From positions 434,001 to 498,000 of the forward strand of contig CAJFCJ010000016.1 in NCBI GenBank assembly GCA_904063045.1: a stretch of 64,000 nt of DNA. Direction: 5' to 3'. Origin of the DNA: Dimorphilus gyrociliatus (Eukaryota; Animalia; Annelida). The notes under the pieces are model-generated. The model worked only from the letters and a program-made list of their open reading frames with translations. It ran no database searches and had not been told where the DNA came from. The position numbers and the translations under genes were made by a program. Shown here piece by piece: positions 1-12,313 of the stretch; within the stretch, counting starts at the first letter, position 1; each line of letters begins with the position of its first letter.

Positions 1-1
1 A

Positions 2-1575
2 CTCATTTCGTTTACAACTCTGTTTGTGTCCTGCTTACCATTGATGGGCTTAGCTCCAATAGCTTTTAAATCAAAACTATGCAGATCGTGGTTGATTGCC
101 GAAGCATCCGACAACGTTCAAAGAGTATTTTACGCCGTATTCATAGCGGTAGCATCTTCTAATCTCCTAGTGGCTTTTGCCTGCAATGCAAAAACAGTGA
201 AAGACGTTTACAGTATGAAAGATTCTCTCACAGATCAGAGACAGGTAGCAGAATTTTCACTACTGATAGCAGTGGTTACAATAGTTTTTTATCTGGCCTG
301 GTTCCCTGTCTTGGTAAGTCCCATTTCTTTCTGTCCCCCTTTTTTTTCGTTGAAAGAAAATCAATAGCGGCGTTCATGAATAGAACTTTATTATGCTGGA
401 ATCCTTCACACTGCAATTTTTACAGAGCACGAACAGCAAAAATATATTAGTTCTGGAATAAAGGAAAAACTATAATAGCAAAGTGTGTTTTTTAGGAAAA
501 TAAAGCATATCCGCATTACGTCAGATAATCCAAAATCAGATAAGGTTTCTTTTTACTATCGATCAAGAAAAGCAAGAGATGCGCTTTGACAGTTTATTAT
601 ATTATACTGCAATACGAAATTCTCCCAAGTAATATAATTTCCTCCTTTTCTTTCTCATCCTTTTATTTCTTTTCCCTATCTCTTCTTCTCCTCTTCAAAC
701 TAAAAGGGTAAAGAGAGAGAGAGAGGAGAATAAAAGAGAAAAGTGAGGCTGAGAGGGAAAAATTACCTTAAATTATCCTGCCTACTGCAGAAAAATGGAT
801 AAAAACAAACTTTTTTCTCTTCTAACGTAATAGAAGCTGGCGAACCGTGAAGGCGCACAGAACGAATATTGCAGTACTTCCCTATCAACTTCTGTTAAAC
901 TGCGCGGAAAAATAAAAAGGAAATGTTTACAATGCGTGACTGGAATATAATTCAGCCTAAAAAGTCAAAGACTACTGCAAAAAATTGCAGATATGTAGCT
1001 TTTAATAAAAATTGATGATTAAAATTGGCGGATCTTAATTCCGTCATGCTTATGTAAATAGCGATTTATTGCAGTTGCACCCTTTTAGTTGAAATCCTCG
1101 ACTAAATAAACTATGTAATTAGCCTAAAGGATGGTTAATTAACTTTCTCTTTTCTCTTTAGGGCTAATTAAATGATATTTTTTTTACCCTCCAGGTAATT
1201 ATTCCGATGTCTCAGGCTGGTTATCAAGTGGGCCGCGTAGCAATCATTTACTGCTTAATATCACCCACTCTGACTGGAATGACAAACCCTCTCTTATACG
1301 CAATTTGCAGTAGTACATATCGTAAATGTTATACTGCTATTTTGGGGAAAATTTGCAAGCTTATTACAGGCTGTACGCCTAAATCATGTAGGACTGAAGA
1401 AGAATTGACTGCAACAACTGCATCGACTACAGCAAATAGCGTTACAGCTTTACTAGAGAGTCGGACAGCAAACGACTGTCTCCTGGAAGGTCGTCTAGGG
1501 ATTGCAGCGCAATATAATATTTTGAAGGGTTCGAAATTGAGTTTGCTCAGTTCAGAAGAAGATGAAAGGATGTGA
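2..1575 (+). CDS. Rhodopsin-type (class A) GPCR, 3' part (TM4-TM7 and C-tail); exons ..313 and 1195..1575; 5' end lies outside the window
   Basis: The frame is open from nt 2 with hydrophobic helices and a TM6-like VFYLAWFP. A phase-0 intron (GT at 314, AG at 1193-1194) joins it to an exon with the TM7 NPxxY motif (MTNPLLY) and a basic/Cys helix 8. Ligand class not assigned. Confidence 0.8.
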
Positions 1576-1587
1576 AAGAGAAGTAAC

Positions 1588-1660
1588 GAAGAAGAAGAAG
1601 AAGAAGAAGACGAAGAAGAAGTGGGCACAATGATGATAAGGAGGAGGAGGGGGAGGAGGA
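1588..1660 (+). repeat. (GAA)n followed by (GGA)n purine-rich simple repeat in the GPCR 3' region
   Basis: Direct reading: gaagaagaagaagaagaagaagacgaagaagaa ... ggaggaggagggggaggagga. Confidence 0.9.
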
Positions 1661-2664
1661 GAAACGGCAGCAGGTGAGGGTGAAAAGAGGAAAGGGAAAG
1701 CATATAACACAACGAAAAAGTTCTATTGAGGGAAAAAAAACGAAAACAATGAAATTATAGCAGGAAAAAAACAGAATTGGATGAAGAAAATTGATTTTTT
1801 TTTCACTATCCGCCCACTTCTACCGTCATCCAGTCTATGTCTTTTTTCTCACCCTTCTCGCGTACAAAACAACTCCGCCTCAAGTCTCGAAAAGCTTGGT
1901 TAAACCAAAGAAGAATACGAAATTGAGGGACGTTAATTGAGAGAAATGCCGAACCGTAAATGATTTCTATCGAATTTCTACTAATCATTAGAATATATCT
2001 TTTTTCCTCTTTTTCTTCTGTTTCCTTTCGTATTCATTTCTAAATAAATAATAAGGATTATCCTTTCTTATCTCCTTCTTTTATATTAAAGAAAGGAAAA
2101 TAACATATTACTTAAAAAATTGAAAGGGTACAAAAAGGTTCCAATCCTTTTATTCACAAGGGAGTTAGCCCTAATTGTTCACTAATTCTTCTCTGAATAT
2201 ATAAACGAAAAGAGCAGTCAAATATATCTATTTTGATTTCTTATCGATAGATGGCGTTCAAGTTATTCGTCAACCCAAATCTTCGTAAATCCTATCAACT
2301 TGAGCTCTAGAAAACTGTGACTTTAGGTACTCAAGTTCTCGAATCGTACGACACTTTTGGTTTTATATTTCATTTATAAAGTTCAATTTAGGTCAAGTTT
2401 AAAAGGTTCGATAGATATTGATGTTACAGATAAGAATAATAATAAAAAAAATAACATTAAAAAGTTACTTTATCACGATAATAGTTAAAATATGCGATAA
2501 GAAATATTAGTTATGTAAAATATTAAGCGCAGTAATAATAATAAGTCATCTCTTTAGGCTGATGAACTTTTGAGATAAAAAGAAAAAACTTTACTGGTTA
2601 GGTTGCACTCATTAAAAAGAGTTGATTTCAACTTAGGCGTGGAGTCGGATTCGGTTTGTTGTCT

Positions 2665-3625
2665 ATGATGAAGTTCTTTGAGGAGCATGCTCCTTTTATC
2701 ACCAATTATTGGCCTTTTATCATTTCTTCAACGTTCATATGTCTCGGATTGTTTTTCGTTGTTATGTTTGTTAAAAATAGAGGAAGGTATATTAGAGTTT
2801 TCGATAAGGAAAACGATGTGGGATCAAATATAGAAGAAGAAGTAGGAGAAACTAACGATCAGGTGTTTATGAGTATAATGAAAAATGAAGATGTACAAAT
2901 ACCATACGCATTACCTCGTCTACAACCCGTTGCAATGATTCAAAAAGCTCAGTCATTCTATGAATTAATGAATACAAGACGAAGTTGTAGAATGTTCTCC
3001 GACGAACCTGTTCCAAGGGAGGTCATAGATAATATAATTAAAGCGGCCGGAACGGCTCCCAGCGGCGCCCACACTGAACCTTGGACCTATGTTGTCATCT
3101 CTCAGAAAGACGTAAAAATGAAAATAAGAGAGATTATTGAAGAAGAAGAAGAAATTAACTATAGGAGAAGAATGGGTGAAAAATGGGTTAATGATCTTAA
3201 GACGTTCAAAACAGATTGGATCAAACCGTATCTAGTAGAAGCTCCATACTTAATTCTAGTCTTTAAACAGGTAGGCAGTTCAATAACGCAGAGTTTTTCA
3301 ATGTTTATCAATCAATCAATCAATTTGCTTAAAATTCTCCTAATAGACATACGGATTATGGCCTAATGGACAGAAAAAAACGCACTACTACAATGATCTT
3401 TCTGTTGCAATATCAGTAGGTATCATGGTATCAGCAATAACTAATGCGGGCTTATGCTCCGTAACATCGACACCTCTAAATGCTGGAGTTAGATTAAGAG
3501 ATCTATTGGGCAGGCCTGTAAATGAAAAATGCGTTATACTTTTACCTGTTGGCTATCCAGCAAAGAATGCTAAAGTGCCCAACTTGCAGAGAAAGCCTTT
3601 GAAAGATATTGCTATTTATTGTTAA
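2665..3625 (+). CDS. IYD: Iodotyrosine deiodinase (nitroreductase/FMN fold) with N-terminal membrane anchor; exons 2665..3270 and 3347..3625
   Basis: Motifs [67 protein letters not shown] and LLPVGYP match vertebrate IYD. A phase-0 76-bp intron (3271..3346) joins the two track ORFs in frame. Confidence 0.95.
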
Positions 3626-4027
3626 TTCGAGCCGAAGGAGAAAATGGGAAGAAAACATCGAAATATAAGGATGATGATGATGATGACGACGGTGATAATG
3701 ATAGCGATAATGATAACACCAAGGAAGAGACGTAAGAGAAGAAGGAGGCGGTGAAAGGTTTTAAAAAATAAAATAAAGATAAGTTCTAAAGCAATAAAAA
3801 AACGTAAAATTCCCGCTAAAGAGATGAAAGGAAAAGATTTTATTCCTAGTTAAACATTCCATTATAAACGCCGCAAAAAATACTTTTAAAACCCATTACG
3901 CAATCTTTTTTCTAGATACTTTTACCCACACTCCGATTGCTTTTGATAATACTTGGAAAGCCGCCTCGCTTTCCCCTTAACTCTATTTGTTACGTAATCT
4001 GGATGATGAAAGTTAATTAGGGTGGAG

Positions 4028-4043
4028 ACAATAGGTGGCACTA
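4028..4043 (+). promoter_or_regulatory. CTCF-like motif ACAATAGGTGGCACTA
   Basis: 14/16 match to the CCASYAGRKGGCRSYV consensus; shares the 11-mer AGGTGGCACTA with the site at 20103..20118. Motif match only. Confidence 0.35.
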
Positions 4044-5649
4044 GCGGCTTTTCGCGGTGGGAGATCATTCTTTGACCACCCACATACAATATAGGCACGC
4101 GAAGAAGAGTGTGTTAATCGGGGAAAATTATCTCGCTATTTGGAAATATTTTAAAAGGATTGCAATCAATTTCGATCGAGTATCATCCAGAAATCGCTTC
4201 TTTTGATGTTCAAGTTTAAAAAAACCGGTACCACATAAAAGGCAAAAAAGCCGCCACCTGCTCACTTCTTAAGCACTCCCTTCCTTATTCTCTATATAAC
4301 CCACCCCCCCTACCCTTCTTTTTTCTTCTTCACCCATTTCTTCTCAACCGTCTGACACGACGAGGTGAGAGAATTCCTTTTTTCTTGAACCGCTCCTCCC
4401 TCCCATAACCTCCCTCTAACCGAGAAAGAAACTCATTTCATTCTTCTTAGCACGACCGTCGGCAAGTCATCAAACGTTTCCTTCGCTAGACCAATTTTCA
4501 CCGATTAATCGCCGTCTTTTGAACCTACCGACCCTGTAGGCCTAGATTATGTGTACAACCATATAGTGATTGATTAGGCGCGAAATTCGAGCGGGAAATA
4601 GAGCGGATGCAAGGGATGAAAGTCGGAGCGTGTCGTAAAAATAACTGGAATAGTTTTCGTTCCCTGTCAACCTCTTACCTTTTCCTTTTTTTATGAGTTC
4701 CTTCATTCCTGGGGAAAGGGAAATATTTTAATTGGTCAGTCAAGTGTCGACCCAGTTGAGAAAATATTTTTTCACTCTACGTAGGCCTATTGAATAACTT
4801 GAAAATCCTATTAGAAAGAAGTACTATAATTCCTTAATGAGACATATTCAAATAAATAGCCATTTCGAAGGCAACAGATGTTTTTTTTATTGTTATTTTT
4901 CAAGAGGGCCTGAATAAAGCCTTTAAAAATGTCCCTCTCTATTATGTAGGCCTACGCTGTCGTCCTAACTCTCCCCAGTCCTCTGAGGTGTAATAAATTT
5001 TTTTCAACCTGTCCAGAGGAGACGAAAACGTAATAAAGCAATTTAGATTCTTTACTCGTTAGTTCTCTTTTCTTCTCTTTCCCCTCTCTGTTCCTTTCTT
5101 CATATTCTTCTTTTTACGCTGTTACCGCCTATTATATACGTTATGTAAGAGTTTTATGATTACCTCTAACTAAGAGAATGAGGAGGGCGACGACAGGTGT
5201 AAAAGATGTAGGTATGAGAAAAAAAGAGGGAGGAGACGTAGGGGGACGTTCACTATACATTTAAAATCTTTAAATCAGCATAGAAGCATAGTTTAGCTAA
5301 TTATTCTATTCTTGTTAATTATATACAATTTCAAATTAAATATAACCGTTTTTATATCTTTCACATGACTAAATAAACTATTTAAATATTAGAATAGCTG
5401 AAATAATTGAAATTGGAAGAATTTTCTTTTCTTTACCTTTCCCCCCTTCCCTTTACCTTTATGCTACCTAAAAACAAACTTTCCATGTAGGCCTATTATT
5501 CTAATAGTAAAAAGAAAAAAATCACTCATGTGACACTATTGAAATTAACCCTCAGTCTATTTATTCAAGTGTAGTCGAGTAAGAATAGAAGGAAAATGGA
5601 ATGACAGCACACGCTAGCTTTGGATACTCTCGCTATAGAATCATATAAT

Positions 5650-5950
5650 TTCGTGAAAAAGGCCTATTCGTCGCGCGCCTTTCTATTCAAACTACCAAAG
5701 CCCCTGTTCAAATCGGCGCGTGTCAAAGTCACGTGACGGTATAGAGGCACGTGGCTGCTATTCGAATCCTAAAGAATGTTCAACGGTCGGAGCAGGTGTT
5801 GCATTCTTGTGACCGTCAGAGCGTAACGGACGCCATTCAAGCTGCTTGAACTTCTCGAATTCTTCGCTTCCATTCCGCAGGCAGACGTTGACAGTGGGAG
5901 AGCAGCGATTTTTTTGGTCCTCGCCAATCCATCTTTTTAAACTTTAACCT
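5650..5950 (+). promoter_or_regulatory. CpG-rich putative promoter of the SAM-domain gene, with E-boxes (GTCACGTGAC 5728..5737; CACGTG 5748..5753)
   Basis: Local rise in GC/CpG just upstream of the ATG at 6110, containing two palindromic E-boxes 20 bp apart. Confidence 0.45.
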
Positions 5951-6109
5951 TCCACAAGAAGCTTTTATTATCCATCTTTAATCTCATTTAACCATCTGCT
6001 AAATCTTTTTTATCGTCAAACATCGAAAATTAATCCTAGTTGCTGAAAATCTCCTCAAAAGAGACAAACAAGACAAGTCAATAAAGGATTTTAACAACAC
6101 ATTTTTTAT

Positions 6110-9030
6110 ATGGAAAACAGCGGAGAGAACAAGGAAAACAGTAAGTAGAAAACTTTTCATTGAGTACTTTTCTACTTTTTCTATAAAAGAAAATTAAAGC
6201 TATTCAAACATTCGCTTGAATTTCGATAAAAGTTTATTTAAAAAGCTTTAACTTAGTGACGCTAGCGTTACCGGCTGACGCGTTCTGTTTCCTTAAGGTT
6301 ATTCTATTACAAATTATGGAAGATTTTATTACTGAGGTCAACCTCTGTCGTTTTTCTTCCGTCACCGCCTACCAATTTTTTTTCATTGAAACCATCTAGC
6401 AGGAACCCGTTACCGTGGTAACAATTCAAATTTACCGAACCGTAGTTATCCTATGCATGATCGCAGGAGGTTAACTACTTAAAAAGAGGAAGAAGCGTTT
6501 GTTAAAAACCATATTGTTTTATATTTTATACTTTTCCCAAATATCTAAAAACATTATACAGTATATACTGAATAAAGGGAAAAAAGGCCATTAAAGTGTC
6601 ATATGCATCCCAATATGAGTCCTCAACTTTGATGCAATTATATGTAAAGAAGGTTGCTTTTTTTATCCATTTAATTATATGTTTATCTATTCTTAATATA
6701 AGCCAGAATTCTATTCTATATGTCACTTTTTATATTCTTAGTGTCATAAAATTTTAGGGTCATGAAATTTATTGATAATATCCAAATTCTCTGCGAATAA
6801 CTCCTCCCCTGTTAAATAAATTATTGAATAGAGTACTCTTGACACATTCTTGCTTGAAAAAAATTAGATAAAACTGCGAATTAAAAGCAAAAAAGCGAGA
6901 AAAATAAGTCAATTTGACAATTTAATAGTGTCACGTGATTGTGTGGAAAGGCCAGCTCAGTCGGGCCTCATGTTTACACAGTAGGGTTTCCGACATAGTC
7001 GACATGTCAAGAGACGTTTTCCGTCACCTGTCCCCTATCATCCGTATAGTCACGTGATTGGTGGCAATTTCAACATGTAGTGAAGCAGAACAGGCGTTTT
7101 TTTTTTTAATACTAGGCCTCCAATTTCAAAGGTCTTTTTTTTTTAATCCTCTATTTCCCGCCGTATTTCCTTTACAATTTAAATAACGTATTCTATCAAC
7201 TAATGCGCATTTTGGTAAAATATTTCCATAATAAATCATATATAACGAAATATTTTAAATATCTCAATGATTTTACAGTTGAATCTGGACCACCGTTATT
7301 CAAGAAACGTCGAGGAAGACCACCAAAATTTCTTGAGGTTTGGAATCAACAAGCAGCTTTAAATTATGCTTCAAAAATGACTGAACAAAAAGGTAAATTT
7401 TTAATAGAAATTTACGTTTTGGCGCGTAAAAAACGAAACGTTTATTGGTACCGTTTTCTCTATAATTACCCTTTATATTAGGCCTATATAGACGTGCTTA
7501 TATTATATATATACATTTATACTTGCGATATACTTAAGATATTACTTAGCAATTGAATGATTTAAGTAAAGAAAAAGTAGATTTTTGGCAATTTCAATGC
7601 TTGAATGATTTCTGGAATGCTTTCTATGATTTACATACCAGAAATACATTAGTGTTTTTAAGATACTTAAAATAATTTAAATCTTTTTTTTTTATAAAAA
7701 AAAAAGAATAAGAAGAATAAAAATAAATATATTGATTTATAAACAAGTATTAATAATTGTACAAGATTTACTAGAAATATCATATATACAGTAGTATTGT
7801 ATACTTAAAAAAAAGTTTAAAAGGTCATATTTTAAGAGAAGTATGCCAGGTCTAAGTCTAAGGGATTGTATATAAGAGGCTTGGTTGTATGCCGTTATGT
7901 GAAAAACTACTTTTCTGTAGTACTGTTATATTGAATTTCATGAAATAATATTTAAATTATTGTTTGAGAGGTTTATGTAAAGCAGTTATGGAATTTGAGT
8001 TGGGATGGTCCGATAACTAAACTCCACCTACCGACAAATTATAGGATTGTTAGTGAAATAAGATAGTGATATTTTATATTTAATCATTTAGGAAATGCAT
8101 ATTAAATATCATTTTAGAGTAGTTCTTAGAAAGGATTTGATAGGTGAAAAGATACTTGTAGGACATCTAATGAATTATTCTTTGCTAATTGACTTAACTT
8201 TTCCTCTTTCTGATTCTTTTTTTAGAAGATAATAATAGTTCAAGATCATCATCTCCCGAGATAGATGTTGTTAACACTAGGGAAGATGCTGTGCTTGGTG
8301 ATGATTCTAAGAAAAGAAAAAGAAAAAAGCCAGAAGTCGATGAACTATCCTTACGTAAATTTTTCGAAGCCGGCGGCAGAGACTATAATGAATATTTGGA
8401 ATGGCGAAAAAATAACGGTACCTTTCCACCGACTCTTTCTACCCCTACCGAGCCCAAAGTTCGCAAGGTTAATAAGAAAAAAACGCCCACACCGCCGCCT
8501 CCTCCCCCTTATCGACCGGCGACTACTATGTATTATACTCAAGCCGGTCTTCCATTAAATCTCCCTGCAACTCAATCCTATCATCCCATGTTCATGTATA
8601 AGAATTCATATAGAGCTCCTACTTCGCCAAAGTCTAGTTCAAAGGATGATTCGGCATTAGATCTAAGTACTAAAAAACTGAACGATAGTGGTTTTGAAGA
8701 GGAACATTCCAATTCCGTTCTTGAATGGAATGTGGATAAAGTATGCGATTTTGTTCACAACGTGTCGGATTGCAGTGAATATGTGAATGTAAGTAGTTGA
8801 ATTCGCCAGTAGTTGGCGCTTTAAGAATTTTGAAGAAATTATAAATAACATGACATTTTTTTTATTCAAAATAGGTATTCAAAGAGCATAAAATTGATGG
8901 AAACGCCCTTCCGCATTTGTCGGACGAACAGATGGTAAAGTGCATGGGAATGAAAATGGGTCCCGTAATAAAACTACGATTAGCCATTTCTAAATTATTA
9001 CCAAGCGAAGAAAAAGGATCACCACACTAA
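6110..9030 (+). CDS. AT-hook + PxDLS-like motif + C-terminal SAM (Polyhomeotic/Scm-type) nuclear protein; exons 6110..6140, 7279..7392, 8226..8788, 8875..9030
   Basis: Four exons splice with consistent phases (1,1,0). The product has KKRRGRPPK (AT-hook), KKRKRKK (NLS), ALDLS, and a SAM domain: WNVDKVCDFV..VSDCSEYVNVFKEHKIDGNALPHLSDEQMVKCMGMKMGPVIKL. Confidence 0.8.
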
Positions 9031-9553
9031 AATATAAACATTAATAATTCACAACAACATTTTCAAGAGAATGCTTTTATCATTCCATGCCTTCTTTACG
9101 CCCAACTTTCTCCTTCTCTTCACTTCCAATCGTGATTATTTGAAACTAACCAATGAGAATTTTTGCAAAAAGAACAAAAAATGACTGATCTTCTAATTTG
9201 AACTGTTTCGATATCTTTAAGTTTTTCTTTAATGTTTCGTTTATTTGTTTTTTTATTTGTAAATAATTCAACTGAGTTTGCTTCTGCATAATTAGTAGAT
9301 TTACTATATTTCTTTTTGACAGATGTAATTACTTAATTAGTCTTTACTAAGCTATGATAATATTGATAATGATGATAATGACATATTCATTATAATCTCT
9401 CTTTTTTTTTCTCTCTCTCTCTCTCTGTCTCTTCATGAATTATATCATTTAACATAGCAATTAGGCATTTGAAGCGGTTGATTTCTCCATTTGCATCTAA
9501 AATAAACGATAAAATTAATTATTAATTATTAAATGAATTGTAAAATTAAGCAA

Positions 9554-12313
9554 TTAATTAATTACATGTAATAAATCGCTAAAATCGATTCCTTTCTTAT
9601 AAGGGTCAACTTCGAATGCGTTAGAATGTGCTATTAGCACCCTATGCTTTGTCAGGCTTGGTCCCCAATACTTAGATGCTTTAAAAGCAGCCATAAAACT
9701 CTGTAACATAATTATATTTAAAAGAGAAACTTAATAAATTATCAGTAATTACCGATTTGGTCACTTTGTAATATATTAAATAAATGAAAAGCACAATTGC
9801 TAAAACCATTACAGGAAAGGTACCCAATATAAGGCCTAAAGTTTCAACCCATGATGAAAATACATAGTTCCCATATCTTGGTTTAGAGTACTAAAGGGGA
9901 AATATTTATGATTCAAGATGAATATAATGAATACTAAATAGTGGATTTATTTATAATATACCTGAACAATCCCGTAAATGAAAACGGCCAATGCTAAGGC
10001 GGGTGTTAAAACTGACCATAATACGATGAATAAATATTTCAATATATTCCAAGGAATCCACGGAAATCTTCTCATATCTCCCAACATTACTGAAATATCT
10101 TCGGTGAACTTTTTACCTCCTTTTTAAGAAATCATATTCAATAAATATTCATATTTGTTTGCTGTACTATTTACCGTATAAATAGCTTATCATGAGGCAT
10201 TCTAATAGTGATATAATTAGAGCTGACCATTTAGTTACGTAGATATCCATTAATTGTACTAGATACATTCCAGCCTATTTGAAAATGTTGAATATGGTTG
10301 ATAATTAATAAATAATTAGTTAAAGCTTACGTTGCAACAGAATGGTAAACTTAACAAAAAGAGCGACAAACAAGCTAAGAGGCAGAATAACCATCTTTTC
10401 GACTCAAAATAACCTCGATATTTATCGGAAATACCACCAATAATATTTAACATTGAGCAAAAAGAAAAATCTATTCCAATAAGGAATAATAATAGATAGA
10501 ATAAAATCGTCCAAGCGGCCACGGCGGCTGATCTCTTCAACGCATACGGTGTTAGTATAAATACCAGATTCACACCTTCATTAATTAATTATGTAAAAGA
10601 AAGAATAAATTAATTAGCATTCAATTCAATATCGTTCTCAAATTACCCGATTGCATTAAGTTGTCTCTATCTTGTAGTTCGGCTTCTTCAAGGAACATAC
10701 CAATAATTGAATAGATAATCAGCGTACATGCGATGGATGTAATGAAATTTAAAATTGGCACAACCATCACATCTCTATAAAGTAATAGTTATAAATATTC
10801 CTTCAACCATTCGTATATTCAATAGAGTATTACTTACTTAATAATATTGTAATGAAATCTATTGTAGCTTGCTAAACTTATCAGCGATCCTAGGCCAATG
10901 TTCAACGAGAAGAAGATCTGTTCGGCGGCATCGCCCCAGAGTGATGCACTTTTTAATTCTTCCACGTCAAACTATATACATTTCATTTGAATGATCATTT
11001 ACTATATACTTGTTTATAAAAGATACTTACACGGGACAAAATATCTAAACCTTCCTTGGCTCCATCAAGAGTCAATCCCCGAATTAATACTAATAATAAT
11101 AGTACTATTTTGATAAAGATGGTAAAGTATGCAACCTAAGCAGATTGTTTACAAAATGATCATCCTATTACCCAAAGTTATACTTCACTAACCTTGCCAT
11201 AAACTCTTATTCCCTTCATTAAAACGAGGAATATAATAGACCAAACAGCGAATAAAGATAAAACCATTTCCCATTGGAGTGTACCGAAATTTTCCATATT
11301 ATGATTATTCACATGCTTTGACCTGTTGAAGAAAAATTCTTCGGTTGGAAGAAACCATATGTTCTGTTCAAAATAGCGCGAATAGTTTTGATTGAAAATG
11401 GATAGACAAACGGAAATGGTAAACATTGAAAATTTACTTTCGATTTTTGAGTAGGATTCGAACTATTCACATATCTTCCAACAGGTACGTTGTGATATAA
11501 AGAAGTTTTTCCACCAAACGTTAATAATCTGCTCCCCATACAAATACCGTTAGCATAATCAATAGATGTATTAAATACTGATTTGTTTGCGCTGGCTTCG
11601 CATAATTCAGCTGTTTCCTTTTCAATTAGACCAGAACAGTCTAATTTGAAAAAAATGGTTAATTTATTAAGTTATTATATAAGAAGTAAATTAAAAAATA
11701 AAAACAAATTACAAGGAGTATTCCATTCGTTATCGCAATTGAGCCAATTTTTGTCACCACTATGAATAATTGCGTAGAAAACATGCCAAAGTGCATTTGA
11801 CAGCAATGTATTATAGTACATGACAAGCATAGCTGATACTGCAATCATTGATATTCCGATTCCTTTAATATAATTTTTTTTACACTGTGTATACAATATT
11901 AGAATATAGGCAATAATTTTCAATTACCATTCAAAATAGGAGCATATTCCCAACAAGACATGACACCCTGGCTCGTATATTGACCACAAGATGTTTCCAA
12001 TAAAAACAATGGCATACCCAATACTATAAGAAAAACCCCGGAGGCGAATATAAACGTTCCTGCTCCATGCTTGGAACATAGATAGGGAAATTTCCAAACA
12101 TTACCCAAACCTATTGTGCTTACCAAGCAGGCAATCGAAAAATCCATGCGCCCAGGCCAATTACCCCTCTCCTCATTCTCGTCCTTTGAGAAATCCTGCC
12201 CTACTTTATCCTGTAAACTTAGGACAGGATGATTCGCTGAAGGCTTTTAAAACAAGGAAAATATGCTTAATTCGCATTGTCTAAAAACTGTATCAATTAT
12301 ATACCTTTAACAT
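9554..12313 (-). CDS. SLC6 sodium:neurotransmitter symporter family member, full-length and divergent, multi-exon
   Basis: Reconstructed exons give ERGNWPGRMDF..IGLGNVWKFPY, LETSCGQY, YYN, NCDNEWNT, KGIRVYGK, LIRGLTLDGA, WGDAAEQIFFSL..SYN, MYLVQLMDIY and a C-terminal WGP. Splice phases checked in the 5' and 3' parts were consistent. Confidence 0.9.

Noticed and set aside
1329-1712. Poly-Ser/Leu ORF on the - strand
   Set aside because: It is the reverse complement of the GAA/GGA repeats and the GPCR tail, not an independent gene.
2924-2931. AACCCGTT resembling the miR-100 5' end (also at 6404..6411)
   Set aside because: Mismatch within the seed (AACCCGTA needed), no pre-miRNA hairpin, and the first copy lies in the IYD coding sequence.
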